A DNA stretch of 64,000 bases from Antedon mediterranea (Eukaryota > Animalia > Echinodermata), in the NCBI RefSeq assembly GCF_964355755.1, contig NC_092670.1, positions 16,602,795 to 16,666,794 of the forward strand, in the 5' to 3' direction. How positions within the stretch are numbered: the stretch's first letter is position 1; each line of letters opens with the position of its first letter. Position numbers and translations under genes: made by a program. The notes beneath the pieces are model-generated. The model saw only the letters and a program-made list of their open reading frames with translations, had not been told where the DNA came from and ran no database searches. Shown in pieces: positions 40,538 to 52,600 of this stretch.

Positions 40538-43500
40538 TTAACCTAACCCAACATCTAAGGTCATCATAACAACAAACCCAAAAATAGAACCCCATGAGGC
40601 GAGACGTCCATTACCACTGAAAGAAAGAATTAAAAAAAATTAATCAAATATTTGTGAAAGGTAAAATTTGTCTGATGAAATCTCTTACATTCTATAACAA
40701 ATTCTGGATTTGGTGTGGTTACAAATGCTATCACAACACTAATCTCAACTAATGGTTGTATACTTACGCTGAATGAGCCTCGGGCATTATATCATCCATG
40801 ACAACATACACCATGGCACCAGCAGCAAAGGACAGAGCATATGGAAGCACAGGTTCGGCAATGACTACGGCCAAAGCGCCCAGCACTCCAGCTATAGGTT
40901 CAACCATTCCACTTAGCTGTCCATACCTACATATTATTACAGAAAATACAAAAGTACAGTGTAATACTCTGTGCTAGTAAATACATGACATTGTCATTCT
41001 AACGAATGAGTGGAGTTATGTATTCTAAATACAATTAACAATTAAGATTATCATACAGTAAACTTTCCTAATACTGGATTTTAAAAAAAAATCCAATTTT
41101 AATGACTATTTCAATCAAACTACATTATTATACTGTACAAAATATTGTACAATACTACACTGTACAAATACAGAATATTTTGTCATGTATTGTTACATGT
41201 AGAATTCATTTTTAGTATTAATGTCTGAAAAATAAGGCAAACAAAAACACATTTACCAAAAGCTCCTCCATATTGAAAATCCTGATGCTCGTAGTGGAAG
41301 ACTAACAGCAAGGCCTTCTGGGAAGTTTTGGATACCAATACCGATTGCTAAGTTCCTACGAACCAGAATAATAAAACAGGTAAGGTATAATTAATGATCA
41401 GCCAGCATTTGGGTAAGATCTTCATACTCAATGTGTAAAAAAAAGACAGATTTTAATACCCCATGTGTAACAAATTGTCCGCTTAATAGAAGTTTCCCCT
41501 GAATAGTGGTTTCCCAAAGGAGAGGTTCTTAATAAACTTACCTTGCACTTTCAAAAGTTGCTGAGGGTGTTTTTCCTATGGCACCAAATCCAACACCTAC
41601 TGCCAGACCCTCTATCAAAACAAATTACATACACATTAATTCATTGTTATTAAGGAGTTACTGTACTAATAGTAAAGAATTACTATGAACAACTTTTTGT
41701 GGCATAAAAACCACTTTTAGTCGCATAAATATAATCATTATCACATTTTTGTTATTTTCTAATATTTTTTGTCATTACAATTTGATAAACTTCAACAGTG
41801 GCATAACATTTTATCGTTTATGTCTGTGAATGCTCGACGACACATTCAAATCAAACTCAATATACACTTTTTAAAGAATTTTACCTGGAATATTATGAAT
41901 AGTTATTGCTAAAATCAAAAGTAGTATTCGTTTCCATTGATGACTTTTATTTTGTGTTGTGTTAACTTTAGTTGATGATTGGTCTATGGTATCATCTGCT
42001 GTCATCTTCTTTCTTCTTTGTGTTACAGACCCATTATCTGACATTCCTATCATTTTAACAAAACATAATAAATAAAAATAGAATAGAAGGGGGTACCTCT
42101 AGGACCTAATGAAATGTCTCCTTAATATGGGTGTATCTTGAATGGGAATGGTAGTAGTGTTAAAACATATATTTCCTCTTCTTATATAAATAAATAAATG
42201 TTCTCTGTTGAATAAGAGTGTCCAAAAAACGGGTGGGTGGGATTTTTTACTATATGATTGTCAAATACATTGTGTTCCTCTTCCATAATATTTTTAATCA
42301 CCAACATATATACTTTAAAATTTGGCACAGTTTTTAAGTAACATCAGAGATAAAGTATGGCCTACCTATTACAGTTGACGGTTGTTCTTCATCATATTGG
42401 TTATATATATCTTCATTTCTTGAATGTTCTTTTTGTTCACTGTTAAATACTACTGCTAAGTTTGACGAGGTAACACCCTAAAAATAGGTAAATTCATTTA
42501 TGTTTATTCTACACTTTTTTGACATCATTGGATCATTTTGTTTTAAACTATTATAATTTGGGATTGCATTTACATAACACTGTACTACCACAATACATGT
42601 TGTACGACTGTACATTGCACTCACTAACTTACAGATGAAATAGAATTGAAATATATATATTACTGGGTAACATCTTCAGTCAAAGACTGGTCTTCCAGAG
42701 GGCCCAGTTGGTGATCAATGGCAGTGATGTACTAGTACACCGGGGTAACCCCCTACTCATCCCGAAAGATTTACTAGGTTCTTTAAAGTGCACACGAGCT
42801 AGATGGGTACACTGGACCTACGGTTTATAGTCCATATCCGAGAATACTCGTTCTACCACCAGAACCATGGAGTGAGTGAGCCTCGAACCCCTGCCGATGT
42901 TATGGCTACAAAATTACGGTTTCACTGCCTTAACCGCTCAACCACTCACTCGGTATAATAACTGACTAATGATTTCTGTTGTATAATCTATAATCAAATT
43001 GATTTTATCAACATACAGTATGTGCATTAGGGTGGTGGGATGAGAGTAAACAAATTCATTCATATTGTGTAATTTATTAACAAAACCCAAATACTGTATA
43101 CTGTACAGACATGATTAATGAAATCTATAAAAAAGAAGAAAGAAAGAAAGAAAGAAAAGGAGAAGAAGAAAAGAAAAAGAAGAAGAAGGAGGAAAGAAAA
43201 AGGAGAAGGAAAGGAAAGGAAAAGAGGGAAATAAAAGGAGGAAAGGAAAAGAAAAGACAGAAAATGAGAAGGAAAGAAAAGAATAAGGAAAGAAAAGGAG
43301 GAAAGAAAAGGAGAAGACAGAAAAAAAATAAAATGAGAAGACAGAAAGAAAAGCAAAACAAGGAAATAGATTTCAACCTCAATTACAACAGTGGTGTGAT
43401 TTAATAAAAATTATTACCAAATAAGGCATGAGTATATCAGCTGCATACACAAATGCAGCTCCAATTGTAAAGCCAACAGCAGCTGGAATAAACGACCATT

Positions 43501-46157
43501 CTCCTTCTTGTCCATATGTACCTGATAGTGTCGCTAGCTCAATGGCTGGGGCTAGCAGCGACCAATAAGAAGCAGCGAGCATAACCTTTAAAAAAACATA
43601 ATATTTTAAATTGAGAAATTCAAAACTACATTATTATAACTTAAATCATAATGTATTGATGTGTATAGATCTTTATACATTTTATAATCATTCAGAATAC
43701 ATTTAAACTTATAAACTACATTAAAGATGCACAGTCGGTGACATACTTGTTTATATTAAAGCATATTAATCCCTCTTTTTTTCTTTACCATGCCACCTAA
43801 ATTGTTTTAGATCTATTTAACTAGGGCAGGAGGCGCCTGATGATTGACTGAGGTACAACTGGTGTTGACCGGGGTTCAATTAGACCGATCTCTGGTTAGC
43901 GACGAAGGCGTATCCCCTTACTGTATTTTGGTTTGGGGTTTTTTTTGGCATGGTTGGAATCCCTTTTATAGTATTAGTTTATGTACTTAGAGGTTTCACA
44001 ACATTAGGCACTATATTATTAAAGATAGTGGGGTTGTGTTTCGAATAGCAACAATATACTGTATTTAAATATATAAAAACATACCCCAGCTGCAAATCCT
44101 AAACTGCCATCTAATACTTTTCTCTGTAAAATAAATTATATTATAAACAGTATAATATTGTCTTATTTTGATGATTTAAATAGAAATATTTCAACCTGTG
44201 TGCGCAATTTCACTTGTTAGCTCAGAGCCATACAAAGTATATATAAATAGTTACGACATTGGGTTAAAGAGTCATGTGATACACAGATCAAATTAAAAAA
44301 AAATTGTCTCTATTTAAATGCATGTAAAGTATAGGAGCAACAAAATACTTTTATTTATTCGAATAAACAACCTGCTTTGAATTAAAGCCCAAATATATTT
44401 ATTTATTTACTTGAATAAACGCTCCGCAACATGCATTATCTATCATTTATATTGGCTCTGCTTGGTCCTCCAGAGCCATATATATAAAGAGTTACGACAT
44501 TGAAAATTAGAAGCCATTTTTGTGTCAAAAAATTCGCACGCTGAGGGCGCGCGCGTCTATTTTGTATAGCGTTTTCCTGTAGTTCATGCATTATTTTTAG
44601 ATTTTTTTGTCTATGAAATAATGCTTATATTCCGTTTTTATTTTAGTAATTAATTTTATTAATGGTATTAATTTGGTAACATATATATATTGTGTCTATA
44701 ATAACAAAAGAATAAATGCTAGGGCCTACATGCAAGTCAGGATACATCAAAGCATGAACCAATACAAATTCACCCCTCTTTTTATACAGTATATGCTCTC
44801 CGTGTGTTTTTGACACAAACTTTCAGAGACTCGTTCATTATTTCATTTGTAATAATTTGCCTTTATTATTTTAATATTGTTCATACCCTATTCAATATAT
44901 TAACAAATTATATCCACAACACTTTATTATCACGCTGCTGCTCTAGCCCGCTACGTCACACGAGATGACTCATTCATTAGATGAAATCAAGCAGCTTTAT
45001 AGTACTACACTTTGACATTTTTGTTAAAATGGAAACTCCACTATAATTTATTGGTACCACCTGTTGAATCCAAAAACGGCTGAGAAAAGAGTCTAACGAC
45101 AAATCCCAAAACATTCTGGTATTTATGAGTCCCATGATATAATTCGCTGTCAGATAATCATTGAATTATTATCAAAACAGTCCATTGAAGTTTTTGTTTG
45201 TAATAGGATACTTGAAGTATCTAGGCGTGATGAAGTGACCCCCAGACTTGACCTTAGCAATAACAATAAGCGAGCAGCGTTTTTTGTAAGAAATATTCTT
45301 GTTTTTATTTAGTCATCAAAGCATGCATTATGAATTGAAAATATTACATAATTGTTATTAATAGGACGTACTGTAGTTATGGGATGTTTCGTTACAAAAT
45401 CAATTAATCAAACTTTATAATATACTAGCGCACGCGCGCGCAATATTCTTTGCCGCAAGTACTTCTGTATGCTGTGCACATCGATATTTCACCGTAAAAT
45501 GTGCAATTACATTTTTTTAAATATAGTATTTTCTTGCTCCTATCTATACTTTACATGAATTAACGGAGACAAGTTTGACACAAATTGATCTGCATATCAC
45601 GTGACTATAATCCAATTGTCGTATTCGATTGGGAACTTTCGTTGTCAACGTAAAGATTCGTTGAGTACTTTTTGTATTCGAATTGTAAATTTGTGCTCAA
45701 CAGAAAGTCATTCGAATAGAAAACGTTGACAATGAAAGCTTTTTCGTTAAGAACAATCTCAACGCTCAAAATACTCCGTTAAAGAAGTACTCAACGGAAA
45801 AACTGTACTCAACGGTGAAAGTCTAAATCGAATACGACAAATGTCGTAACTCTTTATATATATGGCTCTGGGTCCTCTTACCTACACCGCCCTCTATATA
45901 TTACTAGTGTAGGCCCATATAGGCTAGCTAGAGTGTATTGTTATCCTGACAAAATATCTAGACTAGCCTACTACTCTAGGCCTACTACTAGCCTACTAAC
46001 TTAGGCCTTAGGGCCTAGATTTTATATATTTAACCTTATTAATACTTGCCTTCCCACTTGCGAATACAAAAACTAATGCAGAGCCTAATGCTGTTAGACC
46101 CCATGTAAACAGAGTACCAAACAGGGCTTGGTAAACTGGATCATATCCTTCTATCAT
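40538..46157 (-). CDS. SLC39A11: Zinc transporter ZIP11 (GufA subfamily)
   Basis: Exons 46157-46050 (GC donor, or 46035 with GT), 44123-44085, 43585-43418, 42477-42366, 42046-41885, 41611-41542, 41355-41257, 40926-40768, 40616-40538. Motifs: [73 protein letters not shown]. Confidence 0.96.
42655..42955 (-). mobile_element. tRNA-headed SINE with Deu/Nin-like central domain
   Basis: On the minus strand: A box TGGTTGAGCGG, B box GGTTCGAGGC, then GGACTATAAACCGTAGGTCC...TTAAAGAACC...GAGTAGGGGTTACCCCGGTGT. Related copies at 31640-31950 (-), 10850-10990 (-) and 58145-58350 (+). Confidence 0.75.
43128..43368. repeat. Purine-rich low-complexity (GAAA/GGAAA) tract in SLC39A11 intron 3
   Basis: Almost pure A/G for about 240 bp. 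Confidence 0.95.
44471..45870. mobile_element. Non-autonomous DNA transposon with CA..TG ends and 7-bp target-site duplication (P-element-like)
   Basis: GGTCCTC|CAGAGCCATATATATAAAGAGTTACGACATT...AATGTCGTAACTCTTTATATATATGGCTCTG|GGTCCTC; perfect 31-bp TIR. A degenerate short relative lies next to it at 44224-44460. Confidence 0.85.
45617..45839. mobile_element. Small MITE with 3-bp (AAT) duplication nested in the P-like element
   Basis: AAT|TGTCGTATTCGATT...AATCGAATACGACA|AAT. Confidence 0.7.
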
Positions 46158-46604
46158 GATTTTGTTTTGGAGGCGATCTGTACACAAATCATCTGATTGA
46201 ACGTGTGAACAAAAAGATCCACGTTTTGCGAATTGTCATGCTTCAATGCGTCGCACGTACACGTAACGTGCGACGATGACGTTACTTATTAAATTTCATT
46301 TAGTAAATAGATAGCACATCATGTATCTTTATTTTAATTTATTTAAACATTTATTTACCTACTTTATATTTGGTTTTTGTGGAAAACGTAATTTATTTTT
46401 CCTGTAAAAGGCAACTTAATTGGGTTAAAAATACTTCTTATTTCTGGCAAAATATTTCCCACAATGCATTTTAGCTGGCCATTTTTTTTAAGGTTTCGTC
46501 TTTCGCGTGAAAAACGTTTTCATCCAGTCCTAGATTTTAACTTATTTAAATGTATGGTTTTTAAAGTTTATAATTATAATTTTGTATAAACATACATTGT
46601 AAAG
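46158..46604. promoter_or_regulatory. Divergent promoter SLC39A11 / LUC7L
   Basis: ATGs about 450 bp apart. CpG-rich palindrome GTCGCACGT...ACGTGCGAC at about 46250-46274. E2F-like TTTCGCGTGAAA at about 46501. Confidence 0.65.
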
Positions 46605-49600
46605 ATGTCTGCGCAAGAGCAGATGCGGAAAATGCTGGATGAGCTTATGGGAACGTCGAGAAACGGTGAGTATTTGTAGCCTACTTTTTTTGGTCGGAAA
46701 AACCTGAAACAAAAGATAACATGGCCTAGGCCCTAGGCTTGCTAGCTATGCCAAGGCTAGCATGTCGGGGACGTGGTCTTGGCTGAAGTAGGCCTAGCCT
46801 AGCCCATATCTAGGCCTAAGTTTTTAACAGTAATATTTTTATATTTTTTCACCCATTTTCAGGTGAGGTTGGTAGAGACAGAGTAAGATTTGAAGATTCA
46901 AAAGTATGTCGTTCCTTTTTACTGAACTGTTGCCCGCACGATATATTGTCAAGTACAGTAAGTATTCATCTGTTATGCACGATTTGCGCAATTTCAAATT
47001 GCGCAAAGAATTCTTGCGCAATTTCAAATTGCGCAAGGATTTTTTTGCGCAATTTCAAATTGCGCAATCAACTTGCGCAATTTCAAATTGCGCCCTCAGT
47101 CGACAATTGTATGAACCACACCGTTTTTCGCTAAAATAATTACATATAATTACGTTTTATAGTAATTTATTTTATATATCAACATTGGAAATATCAATAA
47201 AATATATTATTAAATGTTTACAAAATATATAAAGTTGTTTATTTAACGGAATTCGTACAAATTCATTGCTCTAAATTTGTGTAGTAACATCAGTACAGAC
47301 AGACCATGTGACTTCGCGGTACACGCGAGAGAAAACATTCCGCTGTGGGTGATTCGCGTCCACCAATCAAATAGCCAGAATCCAAAATCATTCAACCGTG
47401 AGCTCTGCCGATCGCGGGAAATCTCAGCTTTGATTGGATTACGATGACATCATATCACAAAATGGTGGTTTTGTAGTTGAGCCTCACGTAATTTTCACAA
47501 TTTTATTTCAAAAATGAAATAAATAGACCTTCTTTATGGTATGTCTGATTTTTCTCTAAAAGATTTGAATAATAAAGGCTTCATATCGAGAAAAAACCGT
47601 TTTTTTGGCACTTATAATAAATATTTCTCAGAGAAAAAAGCACATGGCATGTAGAACTATATAGGAAGACAAACAAATCTCAGGTCATGAGAGGCTCAAC
47701 TACAAAAACAAGGTTGAATAGGGTAAGGTCACTGGACCGTTTGAAGGTTTTTGAGTAAACAATCTACCGCGTATGGTCGTACGCGCTAGACAGTACGATA
47801 TTTTAACCACATTTTTTACATGTTTGGTTGAATGTAATGAAGATAAAAAATAGTTGATCTTATGGAATGATATGTAAATAAATAAATACTCAAAAGAATT
47901 ATGTTTACAGTTCAATTATTTTCAGAATAATACTACATAAAAATGTGTTAACCAATGGACAAATAATCGCGTCAATGACATAGCGCGCATGGTAACGTAC
48001 GCGGAGTTGAATCGTGGCAATAACAATGGAGTCAACTCTCGGTAACCCTATTAATACTCACTTTTTAAGTTTTTAATATTAGTTTAAGCTAGGCCATGTA
48101 ACCTAGTCAGTATCAGTAGTCCAGACCCTAGCTAGGCTAGAGTAGTATAGCCGGCCGCCCGCGCCGCGCCCGCCTGGTGGAACACCACCGCTTCGTTTTC
48201 CTTCGTCGGTTCTTCGACGGTATGCTAACTTATAACAATATTTGCACTACTAAAATAAGGAAATGCGATATTTATCTTTAAATTTGAATCATTCTTAGAA
48301 ATTACTATAAAAATATAGGTGTGCATGATTTCACAATCTGTCGAAAAACCTTGCGCAATTTGCAGATTACTTGCGCAATTTAATACGTTGCTTGCGCAAT
48401 TTGAAACACATGTTTCAATTCAAATTGCGCAAGGATTTTTTTTGCGCAATTTCAAATTGCGCAAATCGTTCAAATCGCGCATAACACATCTATTTATTAT
48501 TAGGATACAATACAGTCCATTTATCTACTTCTTCTTTCATTTATTAAGCTTTGTTTCATTAATATTTATGGTATAGAATAGGCCTTTATTCTTGTTTAAT
48601 TCAAGAATCATATGTATTAATTAACTGAAAAATTCAATTTTAATTTGTTTTTTTAGAGAATGGATCTTGGAGATTGTGCAAAGGTTCATGACCTGGCGCT
48701 GAGAGCTGACTACGAGGCTGCTTCCAAAGACAAAGACTATGGTTATGACATTGATGTATGTAATTGAAATTACTGATTTCAATCGTACTGTAATTGGTTT
48801 CTCCTATAGCAAACGAACACTACTGTAACTATAAGATTGTACCAGCTGCTACCATATGCCTGTACCTGTAAATTTTATTTTAAAACTTAATGAAATGTAA
48901 CATAAATTTCATTTATCTTAAAACATATGTATTTACTTTTTAGGCTATGGAGCATCTGTCCTCATTCATTGCTGATTGTGATCGCAGAACAGAACTTGCC
49001 AAAAAACGATTGGCTGAAACTCAAGAAGAACTTGGTCAAGAAATTAACTCTAAGGTAGGTTGTTGTGGTTTGATTTGATCATATCCGTCCAAACATGCGG
49101 AAATTCTTCACAAACTAAGCATACACAAGAAACACTACACAAAAGAATAGAAAATATTCTCACAAAATCTGACCCAAATTTACTTAAATACTACAAAATT
49201 ATTACAGATTGAAATTACAATTCACAGACATGAAATTTTGGATACTGTTCATAGGTTTATGTAAAATTGGTAATTTGCCCAAAAAATAACTACAAACAAA
49301 CTAATGGTAAACCAAAGGAATGTGTTTACTGTATAGTATTTTACACATATAGTAATGATAATACAAAGATTTATAACCAATGTGCATGTTATGACTATTT
49401 AGTGTGTTTCATCAAATCCTATGTGTGAATACAAGCGAGTCAAATACACCAATGACAAAACTCTTAATTCTCCCATCATTCTTTCTCAGATAAGCCAACA
49501 GCCAATGAGAGACCGCCGTTAAGTTTTAGTGGGAGGCAGATTTTGTAAGTCATATCATTCCCCAAAATGTCCAAATTATAAATGTCTTGTTAAGCCCACC

Positions 49601-52600
49601 AGGACTTAAATCCACGATAGCTTAAACAATATTGTTATTTGTATGTTATCACTTAAAATCACATGTTTCTAACAAACTATTTTTCCCTCAGGTTTTATGA
49701 AATTACTATTATACTGTGAGAAGCTATTTATTTTTATTTTACTATATATACTTTAATTAACATAATATTATTATACAGACAAAATATATAAGACAAAATC
49801 GGCACGTTCACCAACATTTAATTTCCTATTAGTTATAAAATCAGAAATCATAGTATATTTAATAAATATTTGAACCAAGAAGTTTATACTATAACTTAAT
49901 TCAATTAGTTTTGTTTTAATGAAAGAAAAATATATATTACTTATTGTCTCATCAATTACTGTAGGTAATTTGTGCTTCCAAATATCACAACATATTACCT
50001 ATTTTTTAAATATAGTACTTAAAACTAAATTAAATTTGTGTTATGACAACACACACATTAGTTGCGAAAGATTGTGAGTATCTTGGCAACATAAATTGTT
50101 TACGTTTTACGATGTAAAAGAAGTCTCAAATCATCAAGCGTGATATTTGGGGTGTCTTGTGTGAGTTTATACAGATGTGATACATGTTTTGGTAAGTTAT
50201 ATCATCCGTGATGTTTCTGTAGACGAGTCTAAAAATCGATGGTTATGATGGGTTCATGTGTGAGTGTGTGAATATGTATGCTTGCTGCACAGCAAATCTG
50301 GAGAATATAGTCTGTAGTGAAATTGTTCCAAATGTGTTATCTAATGTGTAGAAAGCAAGACTTTAGCTAGTAGTCTTGGGGTTAGTGTCTATATGTATGC
50401 AATTTATATTAAAGAAATGTATTGGTATGTATGCGAAATATATATGTTTCTGTTGGTATAATAAATATATTAACTGTAATCGATTGTTTTGTATTATCTT
50501 CTATAGGCTGATAAGGTACATGAACTTGCCGAGAGCATTGGTAAAAAAGTGACGGAGGCAGAGAAGTTAGGAGCGGAAGGAAAAGTAGAGGAATCAATGA
50601 AAGTAATGCAAGAGATTGAAGAAATTAGAAAGAAGAAAGGTGAAGCTGAGGTTAGTAGAAGTAATTCTAAAGCTCTGTCTACACTATCAAACTTTATGTG
50701 ACAAAAAAAATTGATGTGCCCAAATATGGTAGTGATATGTCATTGTGTTCACATTTTTTTTGTCACAGAGTTTGATAGTGTAGACAGAGCTTTAGTTAGT
50801 AATAATATCCCAGAGTTCCAAAATGCCTAGTGTTGTGAAACCTCTAAGCGATATACATACTGTATAGTATATTATAATTGTAATTAATAGGTAATAGGTG
50901 GATACCGTATCTGTCAGGAATCGTATGTCCAAATTTGCACATGTTTAAATGCTTTAGCCCGAAGTTATTTGTGATTTTGTTGAACGCTTCGCATTGTAGT
51001 GATAGGCTTCGAGGTTAGATTGCAGAGGCCTAACACATTAATATCTATAGATATTGTGTCGCATTATGCTGGTAACGGAGAATAATACTTAAAAAGTGCG
51101 ACTGCGTCATCTGCCGTTAAGTTGGTTGAATATAACTTTATTTCATCCATCATTCCATAAAAATAACCATCATCGCTGTCAAGATGCCCAGTTCCAAAAG
51201 CTCCGATTGTAACACCACTGCCCCTGCCAAGGCTATCCAAATCAGCACAACACATGCTATTGGCCAGTACCCCATTTATATAGACAGTTGATGTTTTTCC
51301 ACCAAATGTGAAAACAACATGGATCCATTCATTAAAGCGAAAATCGTCAATGGTTAATTCAGGTGGAGGTCCAAAAACAGAAATTCGAAACCCATTTTTG
51401 CTTCTTCTTTTCATCTCCCAAGTGCCGGAATCCTGGAATCCATTACTAATAAATCCAATCCTTTCAGTGGTAGATGGGACACAATTTAAAAGTAAACTGA
51501 ATGAAAATTCAGACCCAAAGTTGTATGTTTCAAACTTTTCCATGTACAGTCTTGAGTTTCCGTTAAATTGTACTGCTTTTCCCTGTAGTCCTTGAGTGTA
51601 TGTTACTGCTGAACCAACGACAGCGCCATCATAACCATTACCAGATACATCATTTAAATTGTCTTCAAATGAATAATGTGCCAATAGATTCGAATTCAGT
51701 GCATCAAGGGTGGTCAGTGGCTGTGTGGTGGTCAGTGGCTGTGTGGTGGTCACTTGCTGGGTGGTGGTCACTTGCTGTGTGGTGGTCACTTGCTGGGTGG
51801 TGGTCACTTGCTGTGTGGTGGTCACTTGCTGGGTCGTAGACAAAGAAATAGTTTTAATGTCAAGGGTGGTCATTTTTTTTTGGTGGGTCACTTGCTGGGT
51901 TGTAAACAAAGAAGTAGTTTTAACATCAAGAGTGGTCACTTGCTCTGAGGTGGTCAACAAATGAGTGGTTTCAATATCAAGGGTGGTCACTTGCTGTGGG
52001 GTGGTCACTCGCTGTGGGGTGGTCACTCGCTGTGGGGTGGTCACTCGGTGGCTAACATGATGTAACTTTAAGCTATTCATCTTGTCATCTTTTCCTGTGT
52101 CGTTGGCTGAAACTGCTGAATATCTGAAACATTTCTTTTGAATTATAGAAACACAGCTATATCTTCCAAATATATTTACTAATTTTGTATTTTCGTTGCA
52201 ATTGTGCCCACATGCGAACAATATCATTGCTGACATCACAACAGTGAATAGTTCATATTCTATGACAAAGATAAAAATAAATTTACAATTTGAAATATTA
52301 ACAAATAAAGTAATAAAAATTATATTTGTTAATGTAATTATAATTCTAACTGTAAAACACAAGATTTGAAGAGCCCTGACTAATTTTGCAAACTTATCTA
52401 CAGTAAGCCTGTACTTACCATGCATCATATCAAATGTTGTTAATGTATCTTACTCAGTAGTAATAACATAGCCAATGTTTCTCTAGTCTGCTCTTAGAAC
52501 CAAACTGTTTGTACTGTATATAATGTTGTTATTTAAAACCTACAGTGACCAGTCATTACAGTCATTAGTTACCATCTTTTGTTGCCAAATTTATCATTTG

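Noticed and set aside
43060-43404. Lys/Glu/Arg-rich and Phe/Leu/Ser-rich ORFs
   Set aside because: Artefacts of an intronic purine tract.
46839-47139. ORFs with LRNFKLR or CAISNCA repeats
   Set aside because: Translations of the transposon's palindromic subterminal repeats overlapping LUC7L exon 2.
51308-51964. Plus-strand ORFs with VVVTCW or WWSLA repeats
   Set aside because: Antisense shadows of the nested gene and its Thr-rich repeat.
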